DNA from: Treponema berlinense
GTDB taxonomy: Bacteria > Spirochaetota > Spirochaetia > Treponematales > Treponemataceae
Strand: one strand, 5' to 3'
DNA length: 64,000 nt
NCBI GenBank assembly: GCA_052273165.1
Contig: DAVZIU010000004.1
Made by a program: the position numbers and the translations under genes
Notes under the pieces: model-generated
What the model saw: only the letters and a program-made list of their open reading frames with translations
The model's database searches: none
Told to the model about the DNA's origin: nothing
Shown here: positions 31,609 to 40,731 of the stretch, one piece after another
Numbering within the stretch: the first letter of the stretch is position 1
Layout of the letters: every line of letters starts with the position of its first letter

Positions 31609-31653
31609 AGTGTTCTCCTTGTGAATAAAAAATCCCTGCAAAATAGCGCAGAG

Positions 31654-31687
31654 AAAAAAATAGAGCCTGTCTCATCGGGCAGGCTCT
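31654..31687 (-). terminator. Riboswitch expression-platform terminator
   Basis: AGAGCCTG...CAGGCTCT followed by ATTTTTTT. Confidence 0.75.
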
Positions 31688-31711
31688 CTAGAGTGAGTAG
31701 AACTTTTTTAA

Positions 31712-31825
31712 GCTCCGTCCGTTTGCCTGAGATATCGGTTCTTATAACCTTAACCCTTCGGCGCCTTGCCAAAAATACAAGGACTCTCCAGAGAGATGGC
31801 TTAGGTACAACGCACCCGCCTTCAT
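31712..31825 (-). ncRNA. Glycine riboswitch (singlet aptamer with probable 5' ghost aptamer)
   Basis: CTCTGGAGAG...CGCCGAAGG...CTCAGG...GGACGGAG upstream of an AGCS gene; short ATGAAGGC...GCCAT element 5' of it. Confidence 0.88.
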
Positions 31826-31885
31826 TTATAAGATTACCAATATGGCAATTTTTTTACAAGAGCTTTTATATTTCATTTTTAACGA

Positions 31886-32152
31886 TTAATTTTCCCTGTT
31901 TCCGTCGCTATAATCATCGTCTTCAACAATGTCATCTTCTTCATCGTCATCATCGTCATCAGACTTTTCGCGCAAATACTTTTTCAGAATTTTTACAGCC
32001 TCGTCTTTTTCAATGTCAAACTCATCCATAAGTTCACGCACAATGTCGCCTTTGCTTACCAGCTCTTCTTCCAAAGCCTTGATGTAAGAAACATAGTAAT
32101 CAAAATCGTCCAAATCATCGTCGTCAGTAGTATAAATATCATCATCAAACAT
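31886..32152 (-). CDS. Small, very acidic hypothetical protein (88 aa)
   Basis: GAGG SD; 38 of 88 residues are D/E. Confidence 0.7.
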   Translation of the reverse strand: MFDDDIYTTDDDDLDDFDYYVSYIKALEEELVSKGDIVRELMDEFDIEKDEAVKILKKYLREKSDDDDDDEEDDIVEDDDYSDGNREN

Positions 32153-32231
32153 AATTCTTACCTCAAAAACTATAATAACATAAACACCGTCAAACTTGCA
32201 TATAAAATCTTATTTAAAGGTGAACTATTCT

Positions 32232-32345
32232 GGAGCGCAATTTTTCGTCAAACCCGTCTTTCGTAATTCCGCTTTCGCTTCATTGAGGCGGCAGCTTCGC
32301 AAAACTCAGCAGTCGCCTCAACTCCGTTACTACAGCCGGGGCTAA
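32232..32345 (-). repeat. Structured intergenic repeat, family B
   Basis: TTAGCCCCGG...GCGAAAGCGGAA...CGGGTTTGA...GCGCTCC. Confidence 0.75.
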
Positions 32346-32431
32346 GTTTTTTTGGTTCATTAATATTTTTCTTTCAAAAACACAAATTGCGGATTTCTTG
32401 TTTTTACAAAAATCAAAAACACAGTTTAAAA

Positions 32432-32634
32432 CAAAAAACCGGGAGCTCATCCCGGTATGTATACACGCCATACAAAACACATTCGGTTTGTTGGCACAAT
32501 ATTCAATTCCTGCGTAACTGCAGGTAGATTATGTCTAGTTTTTGACCTCTAAAAGGTCTGATATTTTTGTCGGCAACATAAGCGTCTCCTCTACGTGTAG
32601 TCGGTGCTAAGTCCTCATCTCTTTCCTGACCACG
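32432..32634 (-). ncRNA. Candidate stand-alone structured RNA (about 200 nt), family unassigned
   Basis: TTTACG-N17-TAGTAT promoter (32668-32640), long self-complementary rod, terminator ACCGGGA...TCCCGGT plus U-run. Confidence 0.55.
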
Positions 32635-32694
32635 ATTTAATACTAACACGGTATTCCAGACTCGTAAAATAAAAAACTGTTATATTTTTTTTGT

Positions 32695-33558
32695 TTATTT
32701 TCCAGACAGATTGTACTTTTTACGAAATTCTCTGGGAGAGCATCCAGTGCATTTTCTAAACGCATCGCCAAAATAATTTGCGTCGGTAAAGCCACAGGCA
32801 AAAGCAATCTGCGTTACGGTCAGTTTTCCAGTTGTTAGCATTTCTTGGCTCCGTTTTATGCGCACATTTGTCAGATATTCCTTAAAACCATAGCCTGTTA
32901 CTTCCATAAATTTTCTCGAAAAATATGTGCTGCACATTCCTGCTATTCCAGCAGCTTCGTCAAGCGTAATTTTTTGCGCGTAGTTTTCAAAAATAAATTT
33001 TGCAGATTTCTGAACTAAAGCTGTCGTCTGGTCGATAAGTTCTTCGTTTTTTATATTATTTCCATTGCGTCCAATAAGAGCAAAAAGAGTGAGAATCAGT
33101 CCGTGAATATTCAATTCGCTGTAAAAATCGTTTCTTTCTTTTTCTTTTAAAAGCAAATCCAAAACATAAAAAAAATCTCTTCTTTGTTTTCCAAAAAAAC
33201 TCATCTTTCCAAAAACCAGAGTTTTTTCTAAAAAATTCGGCATAAGCGGACGCAAAAAGGGTTCAACAAATTCCTGTGTAAAACTCAAATTTATTCTTTC
33301 CGCTGGCATTTCTTTTTCGTATTGATTTCTGTGCAAGGTTGACGGAGGCAGAATTACAATTTCGCCTTCATTCACAAAAAAAAGATTGTGGTCAACAAAA
33401 ATTCTGCACTGCCCTTTTTTTACGCAGCAAATTTCAAAATAAGGATGATAATGACTGCTTCCCATCGAAACTTCTTTATCCTTAAAAATTATGTCAAAAT
33501 CCTTTACTGTGTCGCGATAAAATCCGTTTCGTGCATTGTCAAATACTTTCTGGTTCAT
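32695..33558 (-). CDS. AraC family transcriptional regulator (cupin plus HTH)
   Basis: HYHPYFEI cupin; YFSRKF and IAFACGFTDANYF HTH; start uncertain. Confidence 0.9.
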   Translation of the reverse strand: MNQKVFDNARNGFYRDTVKDFDIIFKDKEVSMGSSHYHPYFEICCVKKGQCRIFVDHNLFFVNEGEIVILPPSTLHRNQYEKEMPAERINLSFTQEFVEPFLRPLMPNFLEKTLVFGKMSFFGKQRRDFFYVLDLLLKEKERNDFYSELNIHGLILTLFALIGRNGNNIKNEELIDQTTALVQKSAKFIFENYAQKITLDEAAGIAGMCSTYFSRKFMEVTGYGFKEYLTNVRIKRSQEMLTTGKLTVTQIAFACGFTDANYFGDAFRKCTGCSPREFRKKYNLSGK

Positions 33559-33708
33559 TTTTTTTACCGTTTTTTGATAATCATAAATTTTCTGTAGTTT
33601 AATACAATTTTTCATAAAAATCACGCTTTTTTACATTTTATTTTGAAATATAATTTATTAAGGTTGTGTTAAAAAATCTTAATAATAAAATAACAAGGAC
33701 GAAAAAAA

Positions 33709-35091
33709 ATGAGTGTTCAACTTTCAAAAAAAGACGAAAAATTCCGTGAATTTTCCCTAAACGGAAATATGTTTCATGTAATCCTTTATGTCTGCATTCC
33801 GCTCGCCTTGTACCAGAGCCTTACACAAATTTTTAAAGTTTTCGACACGATGATGGCCGCACATATTTCTGCAACGGCAGTTTCCTCGGTTGCATACATT
33901 GGTCAGATTCAGATTATGCTTTCTGCACTTGGAAGCGGTCTTGCTGTCGGTGCAAGCATAAAAGTAAGCGAAGCGTACGGTGCCGGAGACTGGGAACTCG
34001 TAAGCAAGAGAGTTTCCACAATGGTTGCAATGTGCGCAATTTTGGGCAGCGCGCTTTTGCTCTTTCTTTTGCCGACAGCTTCTGCATTTTTGCGTTTTAT
34101 GAAAACTCCTGAAGAATTTATCTCGATAGGAAGCACTTACTTTAGAATCGAAATTCTTGCTCTTGTAATAACATTTTTTAACAACATATACATTTCGATT
34201 GAACGCGCACGCGGAAATTCAAAGAGAATTCTTTATATGAATATGGGAATTGTCGCTTCAAAACTCGCATTGACGGCAATCTTCGTATATATTTTTCATC
34301 TTGGAATTACTGCGATTGCAGTTGCAACCTTGATTTCGCAGCTAACGGTTCTTTTTACGGCAATTGTCGTAATGACAAAAAAAGGCAATCTTTTTAGTTT
34401 TTCGGTAAAAGCGGTTTCTCTTAAGAGCGAAATTGTAAGTCCAATGCTCAAACTTTCAATTCCTGTAATAATCGAAAAAGCGGCTTTTTCAATGGGAAAA
34501 GTAATCGTAAATTCAATGTGTACAATTTACGGACCGCAGACTGTCGGCGCCCTCGGAATTTCTAACAACATCGGTGGAATTACAACTATGCCTCAAAATG
34601 GTTTTCAGGAAGGCGGTAGCGCCGTAATAAGCCAAAACCGCGGAGCAAAAAAATTTAGCAGGACACTCAAAGCCTTTTGGTGCGAACTTATCTGCAACCT
34701 TATTATTGGAGTTGTTTTGATGAGCATTTCCCTTTTGTGCCTTGAACAGATTTCGAGATTTTTTGCAGGAAGCAACCTGGAATTTCAGGAAATGATAAAA
34801 GGAATTTACCGTTGGGAAGCCTGGGGCGCAATTCCTCTTGGAATAAATGCTTCGGTTCTTTCGCTCATGTACGGTTTTGGAAAAACAAAAATCACTCTTT
34901 TTATGAATTTTTGCAGAGTTTTTGTATTCCGTGTGCCTATTTTGATTGCCCTTCAGAAATTTACAAACCTCGGAAGCGAATCTGCCGGAATTATAATGGG
35001 AATAAGCAACTTTTTGAGCGGAATGCTTGCAGTAATCCTCGGTGTATGGATTTTTTTTAAAATAAAAACAACTGAAAAACCTGAGATTTAA
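33709..35091 (+). CDS. MATE family transporter, divergent from the AraC regulator
   Basis: FDTMMAA, ERARGNSK, ISQNRGA; about 12 TM segments. Confidence 0.88.
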   Translation: MSVQLSKKDEKFREFSLNGNMFHVILYVCIPLALYQSLTQIFKVFDTMMAAHISATAVSSVAYIGQIQIMLSALGSGLAVGASIKVSEAYGAGDWELVSKRVSTMVAMCAILGSALLLFLLPTASAFLRFMKTPEEFISIGSTYFRIEILALVITFFNNIYISIERARGNSKRILYMNMGIVASKLALTAIFVYIFHLGITAIAVATLISQLTVLFTAIVVMTKKGNLFSFSVKAVSLKSEIVSPMLKLSIPVIIEKAAFSMGKVIVNSMCTIYGPQTVGALGISNNIGGITTMPQNGFQEGGSAVISQNRGAKKFSRTLKAFWCELICNLIIGVVLMSISLLCLEQISRFFAGSNLEFQEMIKGIYRWEAWGAIPLGINASVLSLMYGFGKTKITLFMNFCRVFVFRVPILIALQKFTNLGSESAGIIMGISNFLSGMLAVILGVWIFFKIKTTEKPEI

Positions 35092-35106
35092 CTTTTTGAG
35101 TTTAAC

Positions 35107-35265
35107 TTACGCCGGATGCGACGGGCTTTAGTTGCGGCTGTCAAAAAACGAATAGCAAACTGTTGATGTTTTTTTGCAGAAAATATGTTCGCAGACACAA
35201 AAATTGGCAGCCGCAATGCGCGCGAGCAAACCCAAAGCAGCCGGTTAGACAAAAAAATTTCGTCC
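35107..35265 (+). repeat. Structured intergenic repeat, family B (long internal arm)
   Basis: TTACGCCGGATGCG...GCAGCCGGTTAGAC...CGTCC with an internal TTGCGGCTG/CAGCCGCAA stem. Confidence 0.7.
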
Positions 35266-35274
35266 AGATAAAAA

Positions 35275-35460
35275 TTAAGCGGAAACTGTATCGCCGTTTT
35301 CTGATTTTTCGGTCAGATGTTCACGTTCAAAGCTTTTATAACCTTCTTTATATGCGTGAAAAGCAATTTTTTTCATTTCGCTTTTTTGATTTATAGGAAG
35401 AACAAGGTTTTCAAAATGAGTCTTCCAATAATCGTCAAAGGCTTCTGTTACGTCTTTCAT
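35275..35460 (-). CDS. Small hypothetical protein (61 aa)
   Basis: GGAGG SD before ATG 35460; upstream TTGACC/TAAAAT promoter-like elements. Confidence 0.6.
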   Translation of the reverse strand: MKDVTEAFDDYWKTHFENLVLPINQKSEMKKIAFHAYKEGYKSFEREHLTEKSENGDTVSA

Positions 35461-35687
35461 AGATGGTTCCTCCACTTTTTTCAAATTAAACTGTCGTATT
35501 TTACAAAAATAATAAAAAAAAGGTCAATAATCTGTAGGTTTTTGACCTTTTTTTGTTATTTTTTTATAAATTTTTTAGCAAATTTTGATTTTTTTGACAG
35601 AGTTATTTTTATAAATTATTATATTTGTATTAAAAAAGTTCAATTTTTTTTAATTTCTAGTTTTTCTAGAAAAAAAAGGAGTTTGAA

Positions 35688-36758
35688 ATGAAAAAAAATT
35701 TGAAATCGGCTCTTGCTGTAGCGGTTATGCTTTCTGCAACATTTTCAATACACGCCGCAAAGGCTGGAAAAGTAATCTCAAGAAATTCTTCAAAAACATC
35801 TGTTTCTAAGAAAGCTGAATCACGTTCCCTCGAAATTACAGTTTCGCTGGCTCACAACCAGACTGCGCCTGACAATCCTTACACTTTTGGCGCAAAAGCT
35901 TTTAAGGACAAACTCGAACAAGTTTCTGGAGGAGGAGCAACAGCAACTCTTTACAACGGAAACATGAGCGAAGACGAAGGAGAACTTTTTAAAAAGCTCC
36001 AGAGTGGAGAAGCAAACATCGTAGTAATTTCTCCAGGATATCTTACAAGTCTTGGCGTTGCAGAAGTTGATATTTTCTCTCTCAACTATCTTTTTAACAA
36101 TTTTGCGCACTGGGGAAAAGTTCTTGACGGTCCGTTCGGTTCTGAACTTGCAGGAATCGTAAACCAGAAAACAAACGGAAAAATCCAGATTTTGGGTTAT
36201 TGGTCTGCTGGCGTAAGAAACTATTATGGAAAAAAACCAATTCATTCTCCAAAAGATTTAAAAGGTATGACAATCCGTATTGGAAGTTCTCCTGTTCAGC
36301 AGCAGTTCTGGAAAGGTTGTGGCGCAATTCCTGCTTCTGTCGGCTGGGGCGTTCTTTACGATGCTTTGAACACTGGAAAAGTTGATTCGGCAGAAAATGA
36401 CTACACAAATATGAGCCTTAAAAATCATCACAAGGCAAAAAACGGAAAATATATCTGCGAAACAGAACACGACTTTACAACACGTCTTATGCTTGTAAAC
36501 GGAGATTTCTTCAATAAACTTACTCCAACGCAGAAAAAGTGGATTAAACAGGCTGCATCTTATGCTACACAGGTTGAACGCCAAAAGACTTTTGAACAGG
36601 CATCTGGTTCTAAAGCAAAAACTATTGCTGAAGGAGCGGTTGTTGTAGAAAATAGCGACATCGACACGGCAGCATTCAAAGCTATTGCCCTTCCTATTCA
36701 GGACGAATTTGCCCAAAAAAATGGCATGGAACGCTTCCTTAAGATGGCCAGACAATAG
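35688..36758 (+). CDS. TRAP transporter substrate-binding protein (DctP family)
   Basis: Signal peptide; GVRNYY, DLKGMTIR, LYDALNTGKVDSAEN. Confidence 0.88.
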   Translation: MKKNLKSALAVAVMLSATFSIHAAKAGKVISRNSSKTSVSKKAESRSLEITVSLAHNQTAPDNPYTFGAKAFKDKLEQVSGGGATATLYNGNMSEDEGELFKKLQSGEANIVVISPGYLTSLGVAEVDIFSLNYLFNNFAHWGKVLDGPFGSELAGIVNQKTNGKIQILGYWSAGVRNYYGKKPIHSPKDLKGMTIRIGSSPVQQQFWKGCGAIPASVGWGVLYDALNTGKVDSAENDYTNMSLKNHHKAKNGKYICETEHDFTTRLMLVNGDFFNKLTPTQKKWIKQAASYATQVERQKTFEQASGSKAKTIAEGAVVVENSDIDTAAFKAIALPIQDEFAQKNGMERFLKMARQ

Positions 36759-36785
36759 AATTTTTTATAAGGAAGAGGCTAAAAA

Positions 36786-38903
36786 ATGGCAAAAAAAGAA
36801 CTTGACCGATTCGACACAAAAGCAAAACGCAACATGAGAATTTCTACAAAGTTGATGCTTTTTATCGGTGCAGGCGTAGTTATCAGTTCAATCGGTGTCT
36901 GCATTCTCTCGCTGGGAATTTTTAACAGCAAGATGATTGACAACACAATAGAAGATCTTAACCACACTGCAGACGGGGTTGAACTTTATATAACTTCGAG
37001 AGAAAACGACCTTTCTCACTACTCTAAACTTTTTGCGCGCAATTCTGAGCTTCTAAATGCAATTGAATACGACTCATCTTATGCGTTGCAGCACGCTCTA
37101 AAATCTTTTGTAGACGATTCGGAAATTGACTTTATGTTTGTGACAGATTCCCGCGGACGAGTATTAAAAGGTGGCGGTATAAATGTTACAGCCGGTGTGG
37201 ACGTTTCGTACATTGGAACAGTCGCAAACGCGCTTTCTGGAGAACCTTCAATCGGAATTGAGGGCGTTGCAAATTTCAATTATGCCATAATTGCAAGCGA
37301 ACCAATTTATATAAATGGAAAAGTTTTTGGAACTGTCGTTACAGGATACGATCTTTCCACAACTCATATAATTGATTACATTTCAAGAAGTTACAATGTT
37401 GAATGCACTGTTTTAAAAAACGATATTCGTACTGCTACAACTTTAACGGATTCAGACGGCAACTCCTTGGCAGGAACTAAACTCGACGACAGTTTTGTTG
37501 AAGAAACGGTTCTTCACGAAGGAAATGCATTTGCAGGTCCTGTCAGTATAAGCGGACGTTCGTATTACGGATATTATTTTCCGATTACGTCGGGCGACGG
37601 AAAAATTACAGGAATGTTCTTTATTGCAAAAAATATTGAATCAATCGAAGCAATCCGTGCAAAAACTGGAACAATCGTTATTCCTGTAGTATGTATTCTT
37701 TGTACACTCATCATTACAATCGGCGGATTTTTTGTACGCTGGCTCATGTGGCGAATTTCCAATGTAACAAATACGCTCAAAGATATGGCAAGTGGAGATG
37801 CCGACCTTACAAAACGTGTAAAACTGCTTATCCGCGATGAAATTGGCGACCTTGTAATTCAATTCGACTTTTTCTGCGACAAATTGCAGCAAATTGTAGG
37901 AGAAATAAAGAATTCAAAAGAAGCTCTTTATTCTGCTGGAAGCCAGATGTCCGAAACTACGACAGAAACTTCAAGTTCAATTTCAAACATAATTCAAAAC
38001 CTTTCCAATATTCGCAATCAAATTTCGTTCCAGAACGACAGCGTGCATCAGACGGCTGATTCAGTTTCCGAAATTTCAAATTCGATTACGGTTTTAAACG
38101 ACATGATTGAAAAACAGGTAAGCGGTGTAAACGAAGCAACTGCAGCGGTCGAAGAAATGGTTGGAAACATTGCAAGCGTAAACAGTTCTGTCGATAAAAT
38201 GGCAGTTTCGTTTGAAGAACTTACGGCAAACGCACAGGCTGGTTTTTCTAAACAGCAAGATGTAAACGATCAGATAACGTCTATTGAAGGACAGTCAAAA
38301 ATGCTTCAGGAAGCAAACTCTGTAATTGCATCAATTGCAGAACAGACAAACCTTCTTGCAATGAATGCGGCAATCGAAGCCGCTCATGCTGGCGAAGCAG
38401 GAAAAGGATTCTCTGTAGTTGCAGACGAAATCAGAAAACTTTCAGAAACTTCATCGCAACAATCAAAGACAATCGGAGATCAGCTCGACAAAATCCGCGA
38501 TTCAATCACAAACGTTGTTTCTTCGGCAACAGAATCTGGGGAAGCGCTGGCTCTTGTTTCAAACAAAATTCATGAAACAGACCAGCTTGTTGTGCAAATT
38601 AAGAGTGCAATGAATGAACAGCAGATTGGTTCAGAACAAATTGTTAATTCGCTCAAAGACATGAACGAAAGTACAAATAACGTACGCTCTTCTTCAAAAC
38701 AGATGGAAGACCGCAACGAAAAAATTATGAACGAAATCAATTCTCTAAAAGAGATTACGGTAAAAATGAGAGACAGCATGTCAAATATGAGCGAAGGAGC
38801 CGAACGAATCAGCGCAGCAGAAGAATCTCTTTCGGATATTTCGCACAAAGTAAAAGATTCAATCGACAAAATCGGTTCAGAAATCGACCTGTTCAAAGTC
38901 TGA
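36786..38903 (+). CDS. Methyl-accepting chemotaxis protein (Cache-type sensor, HAMP)
   Basis: Two TM helices, RDEIGDL HAMP, IAEQTNLLAMNAAIEAAHAGEAGKGFSVVADEIRKL. Confidence 0.95.
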   Translation: MAKKELDRFDTKAKRNMRISTKLMLFIGAGVVISSIGVCILSLGIFNSKMIDNTIEDLNHTADGVELYITSRENDLSHYSKLFARNSELLNAIEYDSSYALQHALKSFVDDSEIDFMFVTDSRGRVLKGGGINVTAGVDVSYIGTVANALSGEPSIGIEGVANFNYAIIASEPIYINGKVFGTVVTGYDLSTTHIIDYISRSYNVECTVLKNDIRTATTLTDSDGNSLAGTKLDDSFVEETVLHEGNAFAGPVSISGRSYYGYYFPITSGDGKITGMFFIAKNIESIEAIRAKTGTIVIPVVCILCTLIITIGGFFVRWLMWRISNVTNTLKDMASGDADLTKRVKLLIRDEIGDLVIQFDFFCDKLQQIVGEIKNSKEALYSAGSQMSETTTETSSSISNIIQNLSNIRNQISFQNDSVHQTADSVSEISNSITVLNDMIEKQVSGVNEATAAVEEMVGNIASVNSSVDKMAVSFEELTANAQAGFSKQQDVNDQITSIEGQSKMLQEANSVIASIAEQTNLLAMNAAIEAAHAGEAGKGFSVVADEIRKLSETSSQQSKTIGDQLDKIRDSITNVVSSATESGEALALVSNKIHETDQLVVQIKSAMNEQQIGSEQIVNSLKDMNESTNNVRSSSKQMEDRNEKIMNEINSLKEITVKMRDSMSNMSEGAERISAAEESLSDISHKVKDSIDKIGSEIDLFKV

Positions 38904-39053
38904 CAAAATTACGCTCAGACAACTTGATAATTTTGTCATAAAAAATTGGCAGAAAAACAAAAATCCGCCAGTAAAATTACGCTCTAAATCGCACCTCCTA
39001 AAGCAGAAGAAATAAAGTTCACTTTAGGAGGTGTTTTTGATTTTTTCCAAAAC

Positions 39054-40430
39054 TCAAAGGTGGAGAAAGAATTTTGCAATTCCAAAATAAACTAGAAGAG
39101 AAAGCGTGTCCGCAATTGTTGTAATCAGCGGACTTGCCATGACCGCCGGATCAAAACCAAGTTTTTTTGCAAAAAGCGGAAGCGTGCAGCCCACAACCTT
39201 AGCGACAAGAACGGTAACAGTCATCGTAAGGCATACAACAAGCGCAACCATAGCCGAAACATCCGTATTTCCAAGCAAAAGGCGGTCAACAAGCATAACT
39301 TTTGCAAAACATACAGCGGACAGGGCTGTTCCGCACAAAACCGCCGTTCTTATTTCTTTCCATATAATTATGCCGATGTCAGAAAAGCCAAGTTCCCCCA
39401 GCGAAAGGGAGCGGATAATCGTTACAGACGACTGCGAGCCGGAATTTCCGCCGGTATCCATAAGCATCGGAATAAAAGCCGTAAGAACAACCAGCTGCGA
39501 CAAAGCGTTTTCAAAATTCGTAATAATCATTCCTGTAAAAGTCGCGGAAACCATCAGGAACAAAAGCCAGCCGATTCTGTGCTTAAAAAGGCTGAATGCC
39601 GAAGTGCGCAGATAAGTTTTGTCGGAAGGAGTCATACCTGCCATAATCTCAATGTCTTCGGTGGTTTCGTCTTCCATTACGTCGATGGCGTCGTCAAAAG
39701 AAATAATTCCGACCATATTTTGCTCTTTGTCAACAACCGGCAAAGCCATAAAGTTGTATTTTGAAAACATCTGGGCAACCTCTTCCTGGTCGGTGTGCGT
39801 GTTTACAGAAATAACGTTTGTCTTCATCAAATCGTCAATCAGAAGGTCGTCGTCTTTTGCAAGAAGCAAATCCTTTACAGAAAGCCGGCCGAGAAGCTTG
39901 CGGTTTTGAGTTACATAGCAAGTGTAAAAAGACTTTTTGTCCGAACCCTTCTGGCGGATTTGATTGATTGCCTGGCCGACAGTTGTTCCCAGCCGCAGCG
40001 AGACATATTCCGTAGTCATAATCGAACCGGCGGAATTTTCCGGATACTGAAGAATCTGGTTTATTGCCGTCCTTGTCTCCGCATTCACGTTTGAAAGAAT
40101 CCTGTTCACAACGTTTGCAGGCATTTCTTCAACAATGTCAGCGGCATCGTTCACATACATTTCGTCAAGAATGGCGGTAAGCTCCTTGTCAGAAAAACCT
40201 TTAATCAGTTCTTCCTGAAAATCGCTTTCCATCTCAACAAAGGCTTCCGCCGCAATTTTTTTAGGAAGAAGGCGGAACAGCAGTGTGGCCGGTTTTTCAT
40301 CAAGTTCCTGAAGAACCGAAGCGACATCTTCCGGCGCCATAGTAGAAAGAATATCTTTTGCCGAAGAATATTTTTTTTCTTCAAGCAAAATGTCCAGTGT
40401 TTTTTGAAAAGTAGCGTTAAAATCTGCCAT
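39054..40430 (-). CDS. mgtE: Magnesium transporter MgtE
   Basis: YPENSAGSIMT, CBS pair, GGNSGSQ, DPAVMASPLITTIAD; ATG 40430 after GGAG. Confidence 0.95.
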   Translation of the reverse strand: MADFNATFQKTLDILLEEKKYSSAKDILSTMAPEDVASVLQELDEKPATLLFRLLPKKIAAEAFVEMESDFQEELIKGFSDKELTAILDEMYVNDAADIVEEMPANVVNRILSNVNAETRTAINQILQYPENSAGSIMTTEYVSLRLGTTVGQAINQIRQKGSDKKSFYTCYVTQNRKLLGRLSVKDLLLAKDDDLLIDDLMKTNVISVNTHTDQEEVAQMFSKYNFMALPVVDKEQNMVGIISFDDAIDVMEDETTEDIEIMAGMTPSDKTYLRTSAFSLFKHRIGWLLFLMVSATFTGMIITNFENALSQLVVLTAFIPMLMDTGGNSGSQSSVTIIRSLSLGELGFSDIGIIIWKEIRTAVLCGTALSAVCFAKVMLVDRLLLGNTDVSAMVALVVCLTMTVTVLVAKVVGCTLPLFAKKLGFDPAVMASPLITTIADTLSLLVYFGIAKFFLHL

Positions 40431-40472
40431 AGAAAACTCCATAAGATGAGAAATTTATGGCCAAAGAATGAT

Positions 40473-40547
40473 TTAGAACTTCACTGGGGGAGGAGCTGCA
40501 TTCAAACTTTGACCAGAAGCCGGGTTACCGGAACTACCGTCAGGCAT
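40473..40547 (-). CDS. Putative proline-rich leader peptide of mgtE (MPDGSSGNPASGQSLNAAPPPVKF)
   Basis: AAGGAGG SD before the ATG; 24 codons including CCT-CCC-CCA; stop lies 42 nt before mgtE. Confidence 0.7.
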   Translation of the reverse strand: MPDGSSGNPASGQSLNAAPPPVKF

Positions 40548-40731
40548 AAACGTTTCCTCCTTGAGCAAAAAATTGAATAAAAATCAGTATAAAAAGTATT
40601 CTTTTAAGTAAATCTTGTCAACCAAAACAAAACAGATAAAATCTACAGTTCTTTTAAATTTTCATTACACAAAATCTCCCATATAAAAAATTTTAATTGA
40701 AAATTCGATAGACTTATTCTAAAATTGGAAT

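Noticed and set aside
40440..40720. M-box (ykoK) riboswitch upstream of mgtE
   Set aside because: No recognisable M-box motifs; the region is AT-rich apart from the uORF.
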